64,000 bases of DNA from positions 183,458,001-183,522,000 of the forward strand of contig OX597814.1 of the NCBI GenBank assembly GCA_951406725.2, written 5' to 3'. Below, in pieces: positions 27,401-39,764 of the stretch. The stretch's first letter is position 1. Each line of letters starts with the position of its first letter. The DNA comes from Octopus vulgaris (Eukaryota). Made by a program: the position numbers and the translations under genes. The notes under the pieces were generated by a model, which saw only the letters and a program-made list of their open reading frames with translations, was not told the origin of the DNA and ran no database searches.

Positions 27401-27916
27401 GGTACACAAAAATTTATAATAGAATGTAGGCTGATAAAAGACCCGTCTGAATCAGCGCAACATGAGTCTTCCGGTCCAAGAAGTGAGACAGTTAAAACAA
27501 AAAGGAGAGGTGACTCAGGATATTCTCAAAAGAGGTTTGTTGCAACAACGTGGGTGTTTCCACAAGCCGTTCTTTGTATAATATTTTATTGATATTCTCC
27601 CACAGGTGTCCTACTTGATCGCGGTGTATTTTATGACCTTGTATGAGTTTTGAGTGGTTTGGATGATTTTTGTGTTGTTGTGAAGTCATTGTGAGTAATG
27701 TGCATAGTTGTATGTGTTTCATTAACTCTATATTACTTATACGTATGGTAGTTTGGTTTATAGCGTATCTTAACAGTTGTTGTTTGATTGGGCGTATAAT
27801 GGTCTTTGCATATGCGTTTGGTTATGGTTGTTTCTGTGATAGTGGTGATGCTGAGGATATTATTTTGCAGTTGGAAATAGTAGTAGTGTGTTGTTGTTGA
27901 GCATCGTCCCTTTCGT

Positions 27917-28125
27917 CAGCTGGAAGAAACGTTAGCACGCCGGGCGAAAAGCTTACCAGTATTTCGTCTGTCGCCACGTTCTGAGTTCAATTTCCGACGA
28001 AGTCAACTTTGCCTTTCATCCTTTCGGGGTCGATAAATTAAGTACCAGTTGCGTACTGGGATCGATCTAATCGATTGGCGCCCTCCTCAGAAATTTCGAA
28101 CTTTGTGCCTAGAGTAGAAAAGAAT
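27917..28125 (+). mobile_element. SINE family D
   Basis: Match to other family D copies. Confidence 0.85.
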
Positions 28126-28686
28126 ATTTTCCCCTTTTCCATTTTTTTCTTGTTTGTTACTTATTGCCATTTACTTTCTCCTCTATCACCACAAGACATA
28201 TTTGATTGTCCTGAGCAAGGTGGGTCATCCTTTAGGGATAATTATTTGTGTTGTTGTTATTTGGGTAGTTTCGGTTGCACTTGTTGTTATTGATGTGGTG
28301 GCTCTGGAGGGAAGTGTGTCTTTTGATATTTCTGTTGCTGGTGATTCCACTGTTCGTGTTGCTATTGCTGTTTATATTGTCGGTATTGTTACCGTTGTAG
28401 TGAAGGCATCGGCAGAAATCGTGGGTCTTTCTTCTCTCTTCCTTTGGTGCAGATAGAGGTTATTGAGATGACACCTTGCATTTCAGCCTTCATCGCTTGA
28501 GCACAACCTTGAGATGCCTGGTATGTTGATCAAAATCAGGAAGGATTCCATGTGTTCTTAATCCGTTTGGATAAAGAGCTCCATTCCTTGGTCCGTCCGA
28601 TTTTGTTTCCGCAGCTTCTGTATCTGCTGAATTAGCTTTCTTTTTTTCATATTTGAGCCATGAATTTAACTATCTTCTCTTGTCGC

Positions 28687-28696
28687 GCGACGTTTG

Positions 28697-28750
<54 letters not shown>

Positions 28751-28760
28751 CAAACGTCGC
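28687..28760. repeat. Fold-back palindrome centred on a TA run
   Basis: GCGACGTTTGGTGT-GT(AT)n-ACACCAAACGTCGC. Confidence 0.9.
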
Positions 28761-29379
28761 CAGCTCGCTGTCTTAAAAACAACGACAATTTCTGACAGAC
28801 ATTTGGAATGAAAGAATTTGCCAATAAAAATCGATTACTGTACTTGACGTTTAGTTATTTTAGATATCCATTTGAAAGTTATGCTGTGGTTTAGTAAGGC
28901 AAAGTATTTGAAGTTGTGGGTATAAAACAGATTGTGAAGCATTTAAGTAAACTTTACCTGAAAAGTATGGGATTTTATTTAAACTTAATTTATGAATTAG
29001 GCATAGTTAATGAACCAATACAAAGTAGTTTTAATCGAATACTAAATATATAAGAACAGATATAAGAATGCGGTTAAATAGTCCACTTCCAAAAGCTTCT
29101 GGTTTTGGGTCCAGTTCCTCTACGTGGCACCTTCAGCAAGTATCTACTGCAGACCTGGACATACCAACGACTTGTGAACGAATTTCTTTGGCGGAAGCTG
29201 TGTGTGTGTGTATGTATGTGTGTGTGTGTGTATGTCTGTATGTATGTGATAGTGTATGTGTGCTTGTCTCTCTCTATATAAGTTGTCTTTGCGTGACACG
29301 CGTCGATTACCGGGGTTTCCTAGATAACGCTCGCGTAACTTAGCGTTTATACAAAATGGACACCAATAGAATAATGACT

Positions 29380-29961
29380 TATTTCTTTATTGCCCACAAG
29401 GGGCTAAACACAGAGCGGACAAACAAGGACAGACAAACGGATTAAGTCGATTATATCGACCCCAGTGCGTAGCTGGCACTTATTTAATCGACCCCGAAAG
29501 GATGAAAGGTAAAGTCGAACTCGGCGGAATTTGAACTCAGAACGTAACGGCAGACGAAATACCTATTTCTATTTCTTTACTACCCACAAGGGGCTAAACA
29601 CACAGAGGACAAACACGGACAGACAAACGGATTAAGTTGATTATATCGACCCCAGTGCGTAACTGGTACTTAATTTATCGACCCCGAAAGGATGAAAGGC
29701 AAAGTCGACCTCGGCGGAATTTGAACTCACAACATAACGCAGACGAAATACCTATTTCTTTACTACCCACCAGGGGCTAAACGCAGAGTGGACTAACAAG
29801 GACAGACAAACGGATTAAGTCGATTACATCGACCCCAGTGCGTAACTGGTACTTAATTTATCGACCCCGAAAGGATGAAAGGCAAAGTCGACCTCGGCGG
29901 AATTTGAACTCAGAACGTAACAGCATTACGCCCGTCGTGCTAACGATTCTACCAGCTCACC
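29380..29961 (-). mobile_element. Tandem array of three family D units (~185 bp each)
   Basis: Three near-identical body+tail units joined at GACGAAATACC|TATTTC, with one head at the right end. Confidence 0.92.
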
Positions 29962-31950
29962 GTAGAATCAATACGATAGAGTATTTGGAATCAATACGAT
30001 AGAGTAAACACGTTAAGGCAGAAGGAGTGCTCCAGCATGGCAGCATTTCAATCACTGCAATAGGAAAAGAGTATATACTAGTATGTAGTTTAGATTATAT
30101 GCATTAAAACTCTTTTTATGTTCGTATTTCACGATTTTGATCCATTTTGTGAAGATGTGAAAAAGTCGGCGCTTTTATTCAATTTAGAGAACGAAGAAGA
30201 ATACACCGATATTCTAAATAAATGCAATAACTGCATCATCACTTGTAAAATTGATTATCGAAATATACTTCACTCTCCTCTATCTTCCAATAAACAGCAA
30301 GAAGTGTTCAAGCCTTCAGAAATAATACTACCCCTGCTGATGGTTTTGATAATATTCGTTTTAGAGATTTAGAAAAAGCAACAACACCTAAGAACATTCA
30401 ATGGTAGATATCTTTCAATTATCTCGTAGAAATTTTGTCAATCTTTACTTGCTGCCGGAGATAAACGTTATCGGAATTGTACTTCCAAAATGAATATATA
30501 AAAAGCAAAAAAAAACCCCAAAAAAATACAAAAAAAAACTACCAAGAGATATTAAAATGTTTCGACCTACTTTGTTCTCCAGAATCAAATTATAGCACAT
30601 TTCTTTTTACAGCAATTGAAAGGAGTTATTTTCTCAATGTACATTGATTTTTTATATCTACCGACTTACATATCTACCTACCTACCTACCTACCTACCTT
30701 TCACAATTAAACAACATTCTTTCTCTTCACTCGCCAGAAAATACAGCCATATAAAAAAACTTCGCCATTAACCTAACCAAACGTCCTCGTCGTCTTCACA
30801 ATGTGCGCCACCACCCGCATCCACATACGACCACCATGACGACAACCACCACCACCACCACCACCAGCACCACCATCATCATCATGGTCATCATCATCCC
30901 GTATTATAGTCACTGATCAGCTTTGAGAAACAGTGAAATTTGGGATTTTACACATCTCTGTGTTGCTGTGGTTTACAATCTGTGGAAATCGGCCTCTTCC
31001 GTTAGCTTCATGCGTGCAAAATGAGATCGAAGGCAGTACTTTTATCTCCGTTTAAGAGTATGTCCCATATTTCTTCAACCAATAAATGTTTTTTTTTAAT
31101 CTTTATCATATCATCATGCCATCGTTATCATCCTCAGTTGCAAGATAGTTGTTTTACTCATTCTCACTATCTAGCCCTTCTGGCGTATATAGATGTATGA
31201 TCTGAAATTTTTTGGATATTTTCCTCGGTTTTCGTGTTTTACTGAACACCTGGAAAAGCGGCCAAATCTCTCACCTGCTCTAATTGCTATTGCTGCTTAA
31301 CTCTGTTACGTACATGATAAAGCAGGCCTATTATCAAACCCCTGCCCGTAATGGTTAGTCAGTTTCTCCTTTTTCAGATACAGTCAGCTCAGGACAACAA
31401 TATCCAATGATATCATTATTTAAAACTATAAAATAGGTGAGCTGGCAGCCTCGTTAGCATATTGGAAGAATGCTTAGCGGAATTCCTTTCGATTTTACGT
31501 TCAGAGTTCAAATCCCACCGCGGCCGACTTAGCCTTTCATCTTTTTAGAATGGTAATCTATTAACACTAATTGAAACATACAAAGTACCCTAGGGCCGTG
31601 GTTTAGAATGGTAAATGTATGATATACAAATAATTAATGCAAACAACTGGTGATAAATACACGTGCGAATGCCTCCACCCCCATCATACACTGAGATACA
31701 TCTGTTTTTTTTTTGTTTTTTTGTTGATTTCATATACAAAAGGCAACATAAATTTTAAAAATATGCTTTGTTGATAAAATCAACATCTGAATCAAATTTG
31801 TTGATAATTCAAATTTTGCTTGTTAATACAGATTAAGTTTTTCCAATCAAGCATGAAGCTTTAATTTCTCATGAAATTGATTGGATTATTTTTTGTTTTC
31901 AAATTATCTTACTTTTCTTCAAGAAATTATTAACAATTAACTCTAGGTTT

Positions 31951-32267
31951 GTGGAGGCACATGGCCCAGTAGTTAGAGCAGCGGACTTGCGGTCGAGGGA
32001 TCGCGGGTTCGAATCTTAGACAGGGCGATGTGTGTGTTTATGAGCGAAACACCTAAGCTCCACGCGGCTCTGGCAGAAGGTAATGGCGAACTTCTGCTGA
32101 CTCTTTCGCCATAACTTTCTCTCACTCTCACTCTTTCCTCCTGCATCTTGCTGCTCACCTGCAACGGACCGGCGTCCCGTTCAGGTGGGGAACTTATACG
32201 TCAAGGAAACCGGGAAACCGGCCCTTATGAACCAGGCATGGCTCGAGAAGGAACAAACAAACAAACC
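31951..32267 (+). mobile_element. SINE family B, tail type 3, TSD CTAGGTTT
   Basis: TSD at 31943-31950 and 32268-32275. Confidence 0.92.
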
Positions 32268-32441
32268 CTAGGTTTAGTATTTAGTTCTCCAAATTAAACG
32301 AAAATTTTAATTCATTAAAATTTATGTTTGTACGTTTTTCAATATATTACAATCTACTTGAGTAATCTAAATTTATACTGTTGTGCCCGTGTTAGTTCCC
32401 TTAACTATCGTTGGTTTCGTAGTTATATAAATTCTACTGAA

Positions 32442-32770
32442 TGAAGGCGCATGGCTCAGTGGTTAGAGCGTCGAGCTTACGATCGTGAGGTTGTGAGCTC
32501 GAATCACGTGTTGTGTTCTTGAGCAAGGCACTTTATTTCACGTTGCTCCAGTTCACTCAGCTGTAGAAATGAGTTGCGACATCACAGGTGCCAAGCTGTA
32601 TCGACCTTTGTCTTTCCCTTGAATAACACTGGTGGCGTGGAGAGAGGAGGCTGGTATGCATGGGCGACTGCTGGTCTTCCATAAACAACCTTGCCCGGAC
32701 TTGTGTCTAGGAGAGTAACTTTCTAGGTGCAATCCCATGGTCACTCATGACCGAAGGGGGTATTTATTAT
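32442..32770 (+). mobile_element. SINE family C
   Basis: Head TGGCTCAGTGG (A box)..GAGCTCGAATC (B-box-like), then TTGAGCAAGGCACTTTATTTCACGTTGCTCCAG. Confidence 0.9.
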
Positions 32771-33820
32771 TTACTGAGATGACCAAAAATCTCCATAACA
32801 CTTTCTAATTGTAAAATCTTATTTTAACTAACTCTTGATAAAACCGAAACACGTTTGTAGCTTTAACTTCTTATCACATCAAAGATCAAGTGTCTCAAAT
32901 TCCCGTGAAAACGTTTGATATTGCTTGAAATTATCTCCCTTCCTCTTTGCGAGATACTATCATTTACTACTAGCTTTCTGTCACAAACTAAGGTGCAATT
33001 TCTATTCAATATTTCTTTTTCGTACGTCATTCAGTACATCACCGCCTACCTGACATATACAAAAAGGAATTGAAACGTTAATGATTTATTCACGACAAGA
33101 CAGTTAAAAAAAAAACGAATATTTCTCAAAGTTGTAACGTCTTAGTTAAGTTTCTGAATATTGGATTAGTTTGCTTTGCTTTATCAGTTCTTTTATCGAT
33201 TAAATTGGCAGTGTCGATTGTAAAATAGTGTCTGCACCTATTCACACAAAGAACAAATCACTCAGCATTGATTTGATCTAATCACTTAAAGTGAAATTAC
33301 ATAAAGCGAGAAACCAATTTGACACGTTATTACAGAAAGGAGAGTTAAGTTTTTCATTCAGACGATAAAGTTTGGTGATTGCAACGAGTGATTAATCGTA
33401 TGTATCAGAGCATACGTGTCTGTAATTAGAGTATAAGCCTTTCCAATTAGCGTATATGTGTGTATAAAATTAAAGGGTGTCTTTTAAATAACGATTCTGT
33501 AAGATTGGTTTAAAACTGTCTCTTCTACTTACATGATTTGTCTTTCTTGCAGATAAAATAAGTATTCGTAATTTTGTAGTCATTGTTTTTTGATGTTTAA
33601 TACTTCTTCCGCGATAAATGAGGATGTTTGAATAACAAATGTTTGTTTTATTATTATTACTTTTTGTTACAGTAGATATTCTTGCTTATATATACATAGA
33701 AAATGAAAGATTTCAGGGGAATGGCTTTTTGTGAGACAGATGGTTCGAGTTGTTTGAATCGCATTAAATCCTAGTTACAAGACTCTCTTCAACAAGAGAT
33801 TATTGCAGTACTACAGCAGT

Positions 33821-34154
33821 GAAGGCGCATGGCTCAGTGGTTAGAGCGTCGAGCTTACGATCGTGAGGTTGTGAGCTCGAATCCCGGACCGGGCTGCGTG
33901 TTGTGTTCTCGAGCAAGGCACTTTATTTCACGTTGCTCCAGTTCACTCACCTGCAGAAATGAGTTGCGACGTCACTGGTGCCAAGCTGTATCGACCTTTG
34001 TCTTTCCCTTGGATAACACTGGTGGCGTGGATAGGGGAGGCTGGTATGCATGGGCGACTGCTGGCCTTCCATAAACAACCTTGCCCGGACTTGTGTCTAG
34101 GAGGGTAACTTTCTAGGTGCAATCCCATGGTCATTCATGACCGAAGGGGGTCTT
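33821..34154 (+). mobile_element. SINE family C, TSD TACAGCAGT
   Basis: TSD at 33812-33820 and 34155-34163. Confidence 0.92.
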
Positions 34155-34480
34155 TACAGCAGTAGTCGATATACACCCATTTTAAAGATATATACAACAA
34201 TTATATAAGTTGTTTTTGTATTTGTTGAGGATTAAATCAAGCAAGCAGTGTGTGCCCATCGCCTTTGAAGTCCTGCCCGAGATAGGTAACTCAATGCAGT
34301 TTAGGCTCATCTTAAACTACTGGAAATCAATGTTTGTATAAAGAACGCGGCGTATTGGGAATGAAGTGGAGTTGATACTATGGAAATGACGATTTGAAAT
34401 AAAAAGTGGATGTCAAACTCATTACCAATAATGATTTTGACCACTAGAGCATACACAAAATTTGAAAAAAAGAAGGAACA

Positions 34481-34926
34481 TCTATTATATTAAAGCCGTT
34501 CTGTCTGTCTGTGTGTGTGTGTGTCTTCTAGGATCTCGGGCATCCTCCATCCAATTGCGCTCAGATTTGATAGGTAGATACCGACGGTATCAGGGCGTGT
34601 ATAAGTCTGGAAAAATTTGCAAAAATCGATTCCAGGTGAGAATGGGATCGATAAAGCTGTGGGAACGGGCATTTATACGCGCAAGTGCATCAGCTGTTGC
34701 GATCGGTAATACGCGTACGCGAGAAAAATGCACGGTGTCTCAAATTTAGGTTAAATCAATCAGTGTTTCTCAAAAGGGGGAAGCCTATGGGACGGTCGGA
34801 CAAGGTGTTCTGAGAAAATTTGGCTTAAATGTTTGACAACACAGCACCGTCCATTTGACGGGGGGGGGGGGCGTTTTACTCGTATAAGAATAATATAAAT
34901 TATACTACGGACAATAACTCGACTAG
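34481..34926 (+). mobile_element. Short non-autonomous Helitron
   Basis: A|TCTATTATATTAAAG + (CTGT)n/(GT)n ... CTAG|T: TC 5' end, CTAG 3' end, inserted between A and T with no TSD. Confidence 0.7.
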
Positions 34927-35580
34927 TAGTAAAATAAAAAAAAAAAACTCTGATGCTTAGAGGCTACATTCTATGAAAAACACTTTCAATGCAATAGTAC
35001 AAGATACAGTATGTAATGTTCGCAGCACATAACGCTAGCTACACTCTTACACTGTAAACACTGTACGTAACCAGGAACGAATAAAATCAAAGCTACACTT
35101 GTATAATCCACGCACTGTTACTATAGCACATAGCACAGCCCACAAAACATTGATGTTCTAAACAAACGGTTGTTATAAAACGGTTCAATACACCATATAT
35201 AACACACTGTCTATACGAGTAAAATCAGTCCCTGAAGCACATAACACAACTCACATAATGCAATCACTTTATAACAAAATAACGGAACTAATGCAGAATA
35301 TACTCTAAAAAGCAACAGGAACAAAAGCTGACATCAAAGGAAAAATGACTTAGCAAAGGAAGACAATCCTACGTCTCTAAAAAGCAATATTCCACACATC
35401 AAGATTACATGTTGGTGCAGTGCACTTTGTAGTGCATTAGAACTTCACAGGCAGTTATTTAAGACATATGAAGACAATATCGATGAGAATAAAGAAAAAA
35501 AAAGATGATAATGATGAAGATATTGATAGTAAACCAAATGAATTATTCATACCTTTTCCCGTTTCACTACGTAGCAATGT

Positions 35581-35930
35581 GTGGAGGCGCAATGGCCCAG
35601 TGGTTAGGGCAGCGGACTCACGGTCTTAAGATCGTAGTTTCGATTCCCAGACTGGGCGTTGTGAAAGTTTATTGAGCGAAAACACCTACAGCTCCACGAG
35701 GCTTCGGCAGGGGGTGATGGTGAACCCTGCTGTACCCTTTCACCACATCTTTCTCTCACTCTTTCTTCCTGTTTCTGTTGCACCTGTATTTCAAAGGGCT
35801 AGCCTTGTCACACTCTGTGCCACGCTGAATCTGTAGAGTGCTCAGCCACTTGCACCTTAATTTCACGAGTAGGCTCTTCCGTTGATCAGATCAACTGGAA
35901 CACTCGTTGTCGTAACCGAGAGAGTACCAC
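35581..35930 (+). mobile_element. SINE family B, tail type 1
   Basis: Match to 53126-53509. Confidence 0.9.
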
Positions 35931-35952
35931 CAATATAGCAATACGTGGTACA

Positions 35953-36414
35953 TACAGAGGTTGGACAATATAATGGAAAACACCTTAAAATTTCAAACAA
36001 ATTTATATTAATATTGGGTAGCACCGCCTTTGGCAGTAATTACAGCTTGAATTCTACGAGGTATGGACTCGTACAAAGTTTGAATTGCTTCCAAAGGAAT
36101 TTTTGTCCATTTTCAGTTAAAACAGTCTCCAGTTCTTGTAGTGATGATAGTGGAGGATATCGACTCCTTACTTGTTTTTCTAAAATGCTCCATAAATGTT
36201 CAATAATATTGAGATATGGGGACTGTGGTGGCCAGATGAGATGTTCAACTTCACTCGAATGTTCTTCGTGCTATTCAGTAACAACTTTAGCTGTGTGAAT
36301 TGGTGCATTATCATCCTGAAAGATTGCGTTTCCCTCCGCAAACATAGGATGAATTTGATCAGATAAAATGCTTAAATAGTCTTGACTATAAATTCTGCCA
36401 TGAAGGGAAACCAT
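35953..36414 (-). mobile_element. Tc1-like transposon 3' fragment (D36E spacing) with TIR
   Basis: TA|CAGAGGTTGGACAA terminus; minus strand FQDDNAPIHT...WPPQSPYLNIIEHLW...IPRRIQAVITAKGGATQY*; internal stop and frameshift. Confidence 0.92.
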
Positions 36415-36712
36415 GGCCTAGTGGTTAGGGCAGCAGAATCGCGGTCGGTGGATCGCGGTTTCGATTCCCAGACCGGGCGTTCTGTGTGTTTATTGAGCGA
36501 AAACACCTAAAAGCTCCATGAGGCTCCGGCAGAGGGCTGGTGGTGATCCCTGCTGTACTCTTTCGCCACAACTTTCTCTCACTCTCTCTTCCTGTTTCTT
36601 GAGCAACGCTTCGATGGACTGGCGTCCCATCCAGCTGGGGGAAATAAATACGCCACAGAAACCTGGAAACTGGGCCCATGAGCCTGGCTAGGCTTGAAAA
36701 GGGCGACGTCGT
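36412..36712 (+). mobile_element. SINE family B, tail type 2
   Basis: Match to 48979-49298. Confidence 0.88.
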
Positions 36713-37186
36713 TTATCGTATATGAACATATGCATACACGTACATACACTTAGAGTGCTACTCATCAATATGATGAGTAAGTTTGGAAATATACAATTGC
36801 CACTGCGGATAATATTAAGGAAATATGACTTCCGCACAATAATTATGTGCGTAATAATTCATCAGAATTCATCCAATTAAATTTCCATAAAATTAAATAA
36901 AACGATTGTATGTCTCCTCCAATAGATACTCAGTCGTTTATTCCGTCTCCTCCTTCTCTGAATGTAAGATATTGTGTGTATATGTGTGTATTGAGTACTT
37001 ATATTCATTACCTATCATCATACCTAATTTGTGTACTCGTCCAGCATCTGTTACATTAACTCTCACTCTATCTCTATTTCATTCTCGTTCCCCCTCTCAC
37101 TATATTATGTAAAGTGTGGCTGGAGATATCAACCAACATTTATATCAGCTTTTATTAAATGTGTGTACATTCATACATATCTCTCC

Positions 37187-37558
37187 TCTGTCTGTCTGTC
37201 TGTCTAGCTGTCTGTCTGTATGTCTAGCTGTCTGTCTGTCTAGCTGTCTGTCTGGCTGTCTGGCTGTCTAGCTGTCTATCTAGCTGTCTGTCTGTCTAGC
37301 TGTCTATCTAGCTGTCTGTCTGTCTAGCTGTCTATCTGTCTGTCTATCTAGCTGTCTGTCTATCTAGCTGTCTGTCTATCTAGCTGTCTATCTAGCTGTC
37401 TGTCTGTCTAGCTGTCTATCTAGCTGTCTGTCTAGCTGTCTGTCTAGCTGTCTATCTAGCTATCTATCTAGCTGTCTATCTCGCTGTCTATCTCGCTGTC
37501 TGTCTATCTAGCTGTTTATCTATCTATCTGTTTATCTATCTATCTATCTATCTGTCTG
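37187..37558. repeat. Compound tetranucleotide repeat (CTGT/CTAG/CTAT)
   Basis: Direct read. Confidence 0.95.
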
Positions 37559-37692
37559 TACACACAACTAAACGCTTTTTACCCTTGTCCCCGCTCACGT
37601 GGCTTTTCTCCTATTACTGAAGCTATATATTTGCTAGCGAAGACACATATTAAGCTGAATTCCTTTGTTGGTCGGAATTAATATCTGTCGGA

Positions 37693-37706
37693 GTTGCCAT
37701 AGTAAC
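37693..37706. promoter_or_regulatory. Candidate RFX X-box
   Basis: GTTGCCATAGTAAC fits GTNRCC(N0-3)RGYAAC; lies in non-repeat DNA. Confidence 0.4.
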
Positions 37707-39369
37707 AGACAACATTAATATAACCGTTCGAGCTGATTTTAGACAGTAGAGAAGTTTAATACTTCGTCTCTGATCGATTTCTATCCATCTGTCCATCTAA
37801 AAGCAACTATAGCAGCAACATCGACAAGAACAACAACAGAAAGAAAAACTGATCGAAGTCTTCGTCTTGCACTTAACTTTATTATTGTACTATATTTGTA
37901 ATTAATGCCGAAGCGGCGAGCGCTGTTGATTAGTAATAAGTTGAGACCATAACATTACTTTATTTTCGTTGAAAATTTCCTTTAGGAAAAAGCATGAAAT
38001 TTTCAAAATCCCACTTCTAGTCTCCTATAATTAGGCTAGAAATCAATGAGATCTATTTTCAGAGCCTCGTAAACATCGTACAATTGGACTAATTTCCACC
38101 AGAGTTAGAATATCTACGAATCAGTTTCAATTCCTGTCATTTAGTTTTTCGCGATGCACTATTTATGCGAAGCCAATCCTTGTCATTACAAACGGTCGGT
38201 TGTTGTTGTGATTTCCTCGTTTCTTTCTTTTACAACCTCTTGGCTTTCATTCTTCTGAAAAACGACGATAAATTGAGTTCGAGAATAATTATGCTTTGGA
38301 AAGACTTAAGCGAATCGTACAAGTAGAGCTATACAACAGCTATACAACAAAACAACAGCAACCACCATCAATAACAACCACCACAACAGCAGTAACAAGA
38401 GCAACAAAATTAACATATGCCATTCAAGTCTGTGATGAAAGCATAAATATATCAATAACTTGCAAAGTCACGTTTCTGAAAATAATCTCATACTAAATTT
38501 CATTTCCTCAGTAAAGGCAATGAAGTAGTTTGAAAAAGCATCTTATCGGAGATTAAACCAAGAATGCATTCTTCAGGACCGGTAAAAACCGCTATTTACA
38601 GAAAGGAATCACTTGTGTAAAACGTGTTGCCTTGATAAAGTATTGGTTCAATTGATTTCAAACAATCGAAAATCGAGTCAGCGATACGACGTCACACATT
38701 CCATGCACTTGGAGATTGTATTTTGATTTACAGAACGCAAACAACCTAGTAGAGAATACCATTTCCATTTCAATCCACTACATTCAGTTCACTTACAACT
38801 TTGGCCTTGTGATATTTATGGATATTGTATCATTGTTGCTATAATTACTTTATAACCAAGGGCCGCTTTTGCAGAGCAGGAGCTAAGCTCTTCTTGGGTC
38901 AAGTTTGTAAGTCAACCGCCTTCAACTCCCAAATGCGATTTAAGTTGTTTTACTATTCACTTCATTCAGCTTTGTAATACTTTTGATTTCTGCTCTATTG
39001 CACTGAGAATAAATAATTGGTATTGATATTTGACAAAGGCACATGACCACAAATTTTGAAGGCTGTGTATAATCGATTAAATCAGCCTCGGTATTTGACT
39101 GCTATTGAATTGAAGTCATAGAGAATAAAAACAGTGAATCTTACTAGCGTTTAAACGAAAGACGTAAATCTTATATAAAACTGAATGTGTGTTTAAAGCC
39201 ATAGGCCACATCAGTTTAGGAAGCTTTGAATTAGAAACGTCTTTTCAAAGCGAAGGTTATAGGCTTATGAGACTTACTCGGATACATTCTTTAAACCATA
39301 GCAAGAAGAGATACTACTGTTCGTAACCAATATCCATTGCCTAAATAATATCCTCTTGTCTTTGTCCTT

Positions 39370-39764
39370 TATCTTTTATCTTTAATCTTTTACTTGTTTC
39401 AGTCAGTAGACTGCGGCCATGCTGGGGCACCACCTTGAAGAATTTTTAGTCGAATGAATTGACCCCAGTACTTTTCTCTTTTTAAAGCCTAGGATTTATT
39501 CTATCGGTCTCTTTTGCCAAACTGCTAAGGTACGGGGACGTAAACTAACCAATACCGGTCGTCAAACAGTGGTGAAGGACAAACATAGACACAAAGACAC
39601 GCACACACACATATACGATAGGCTTCTTTCAGTTTACGTTTACCAGATCCACCCACAAGGCTTTTTGTCGGCTGGGGTTACAGTAGAAGACACTCAAGGT
39701 GCCACGCAGCGGGACTGAACCCAGAAGTATGTTGTTGAGAAGTAAACTTCTTGCGACATAGCCA
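39370..39764 (-). mobile_element. SINE family A
   Basis: Reverse-complement copy including tail. Confidence 0.85.

Noticed and set aside
29380-29961. CRISPR-like or satellite array
   Set aside because: Units are whole SINE bodies with no unique spacers; eukaryotic context
32442-32510. SINE heads as tRNA genes
   Set aside because: A/B boxes are present but there is no full cloverleaf, and they continue into SINE bodies
36820-36870. Minus-strand CTGATGA..CGCACA/TGTGCG..GAAGTC as a hammerhead
   Set aside because: 7-nt gap before stem II, GAAG instead of GAAA, no stem III, poor stem I
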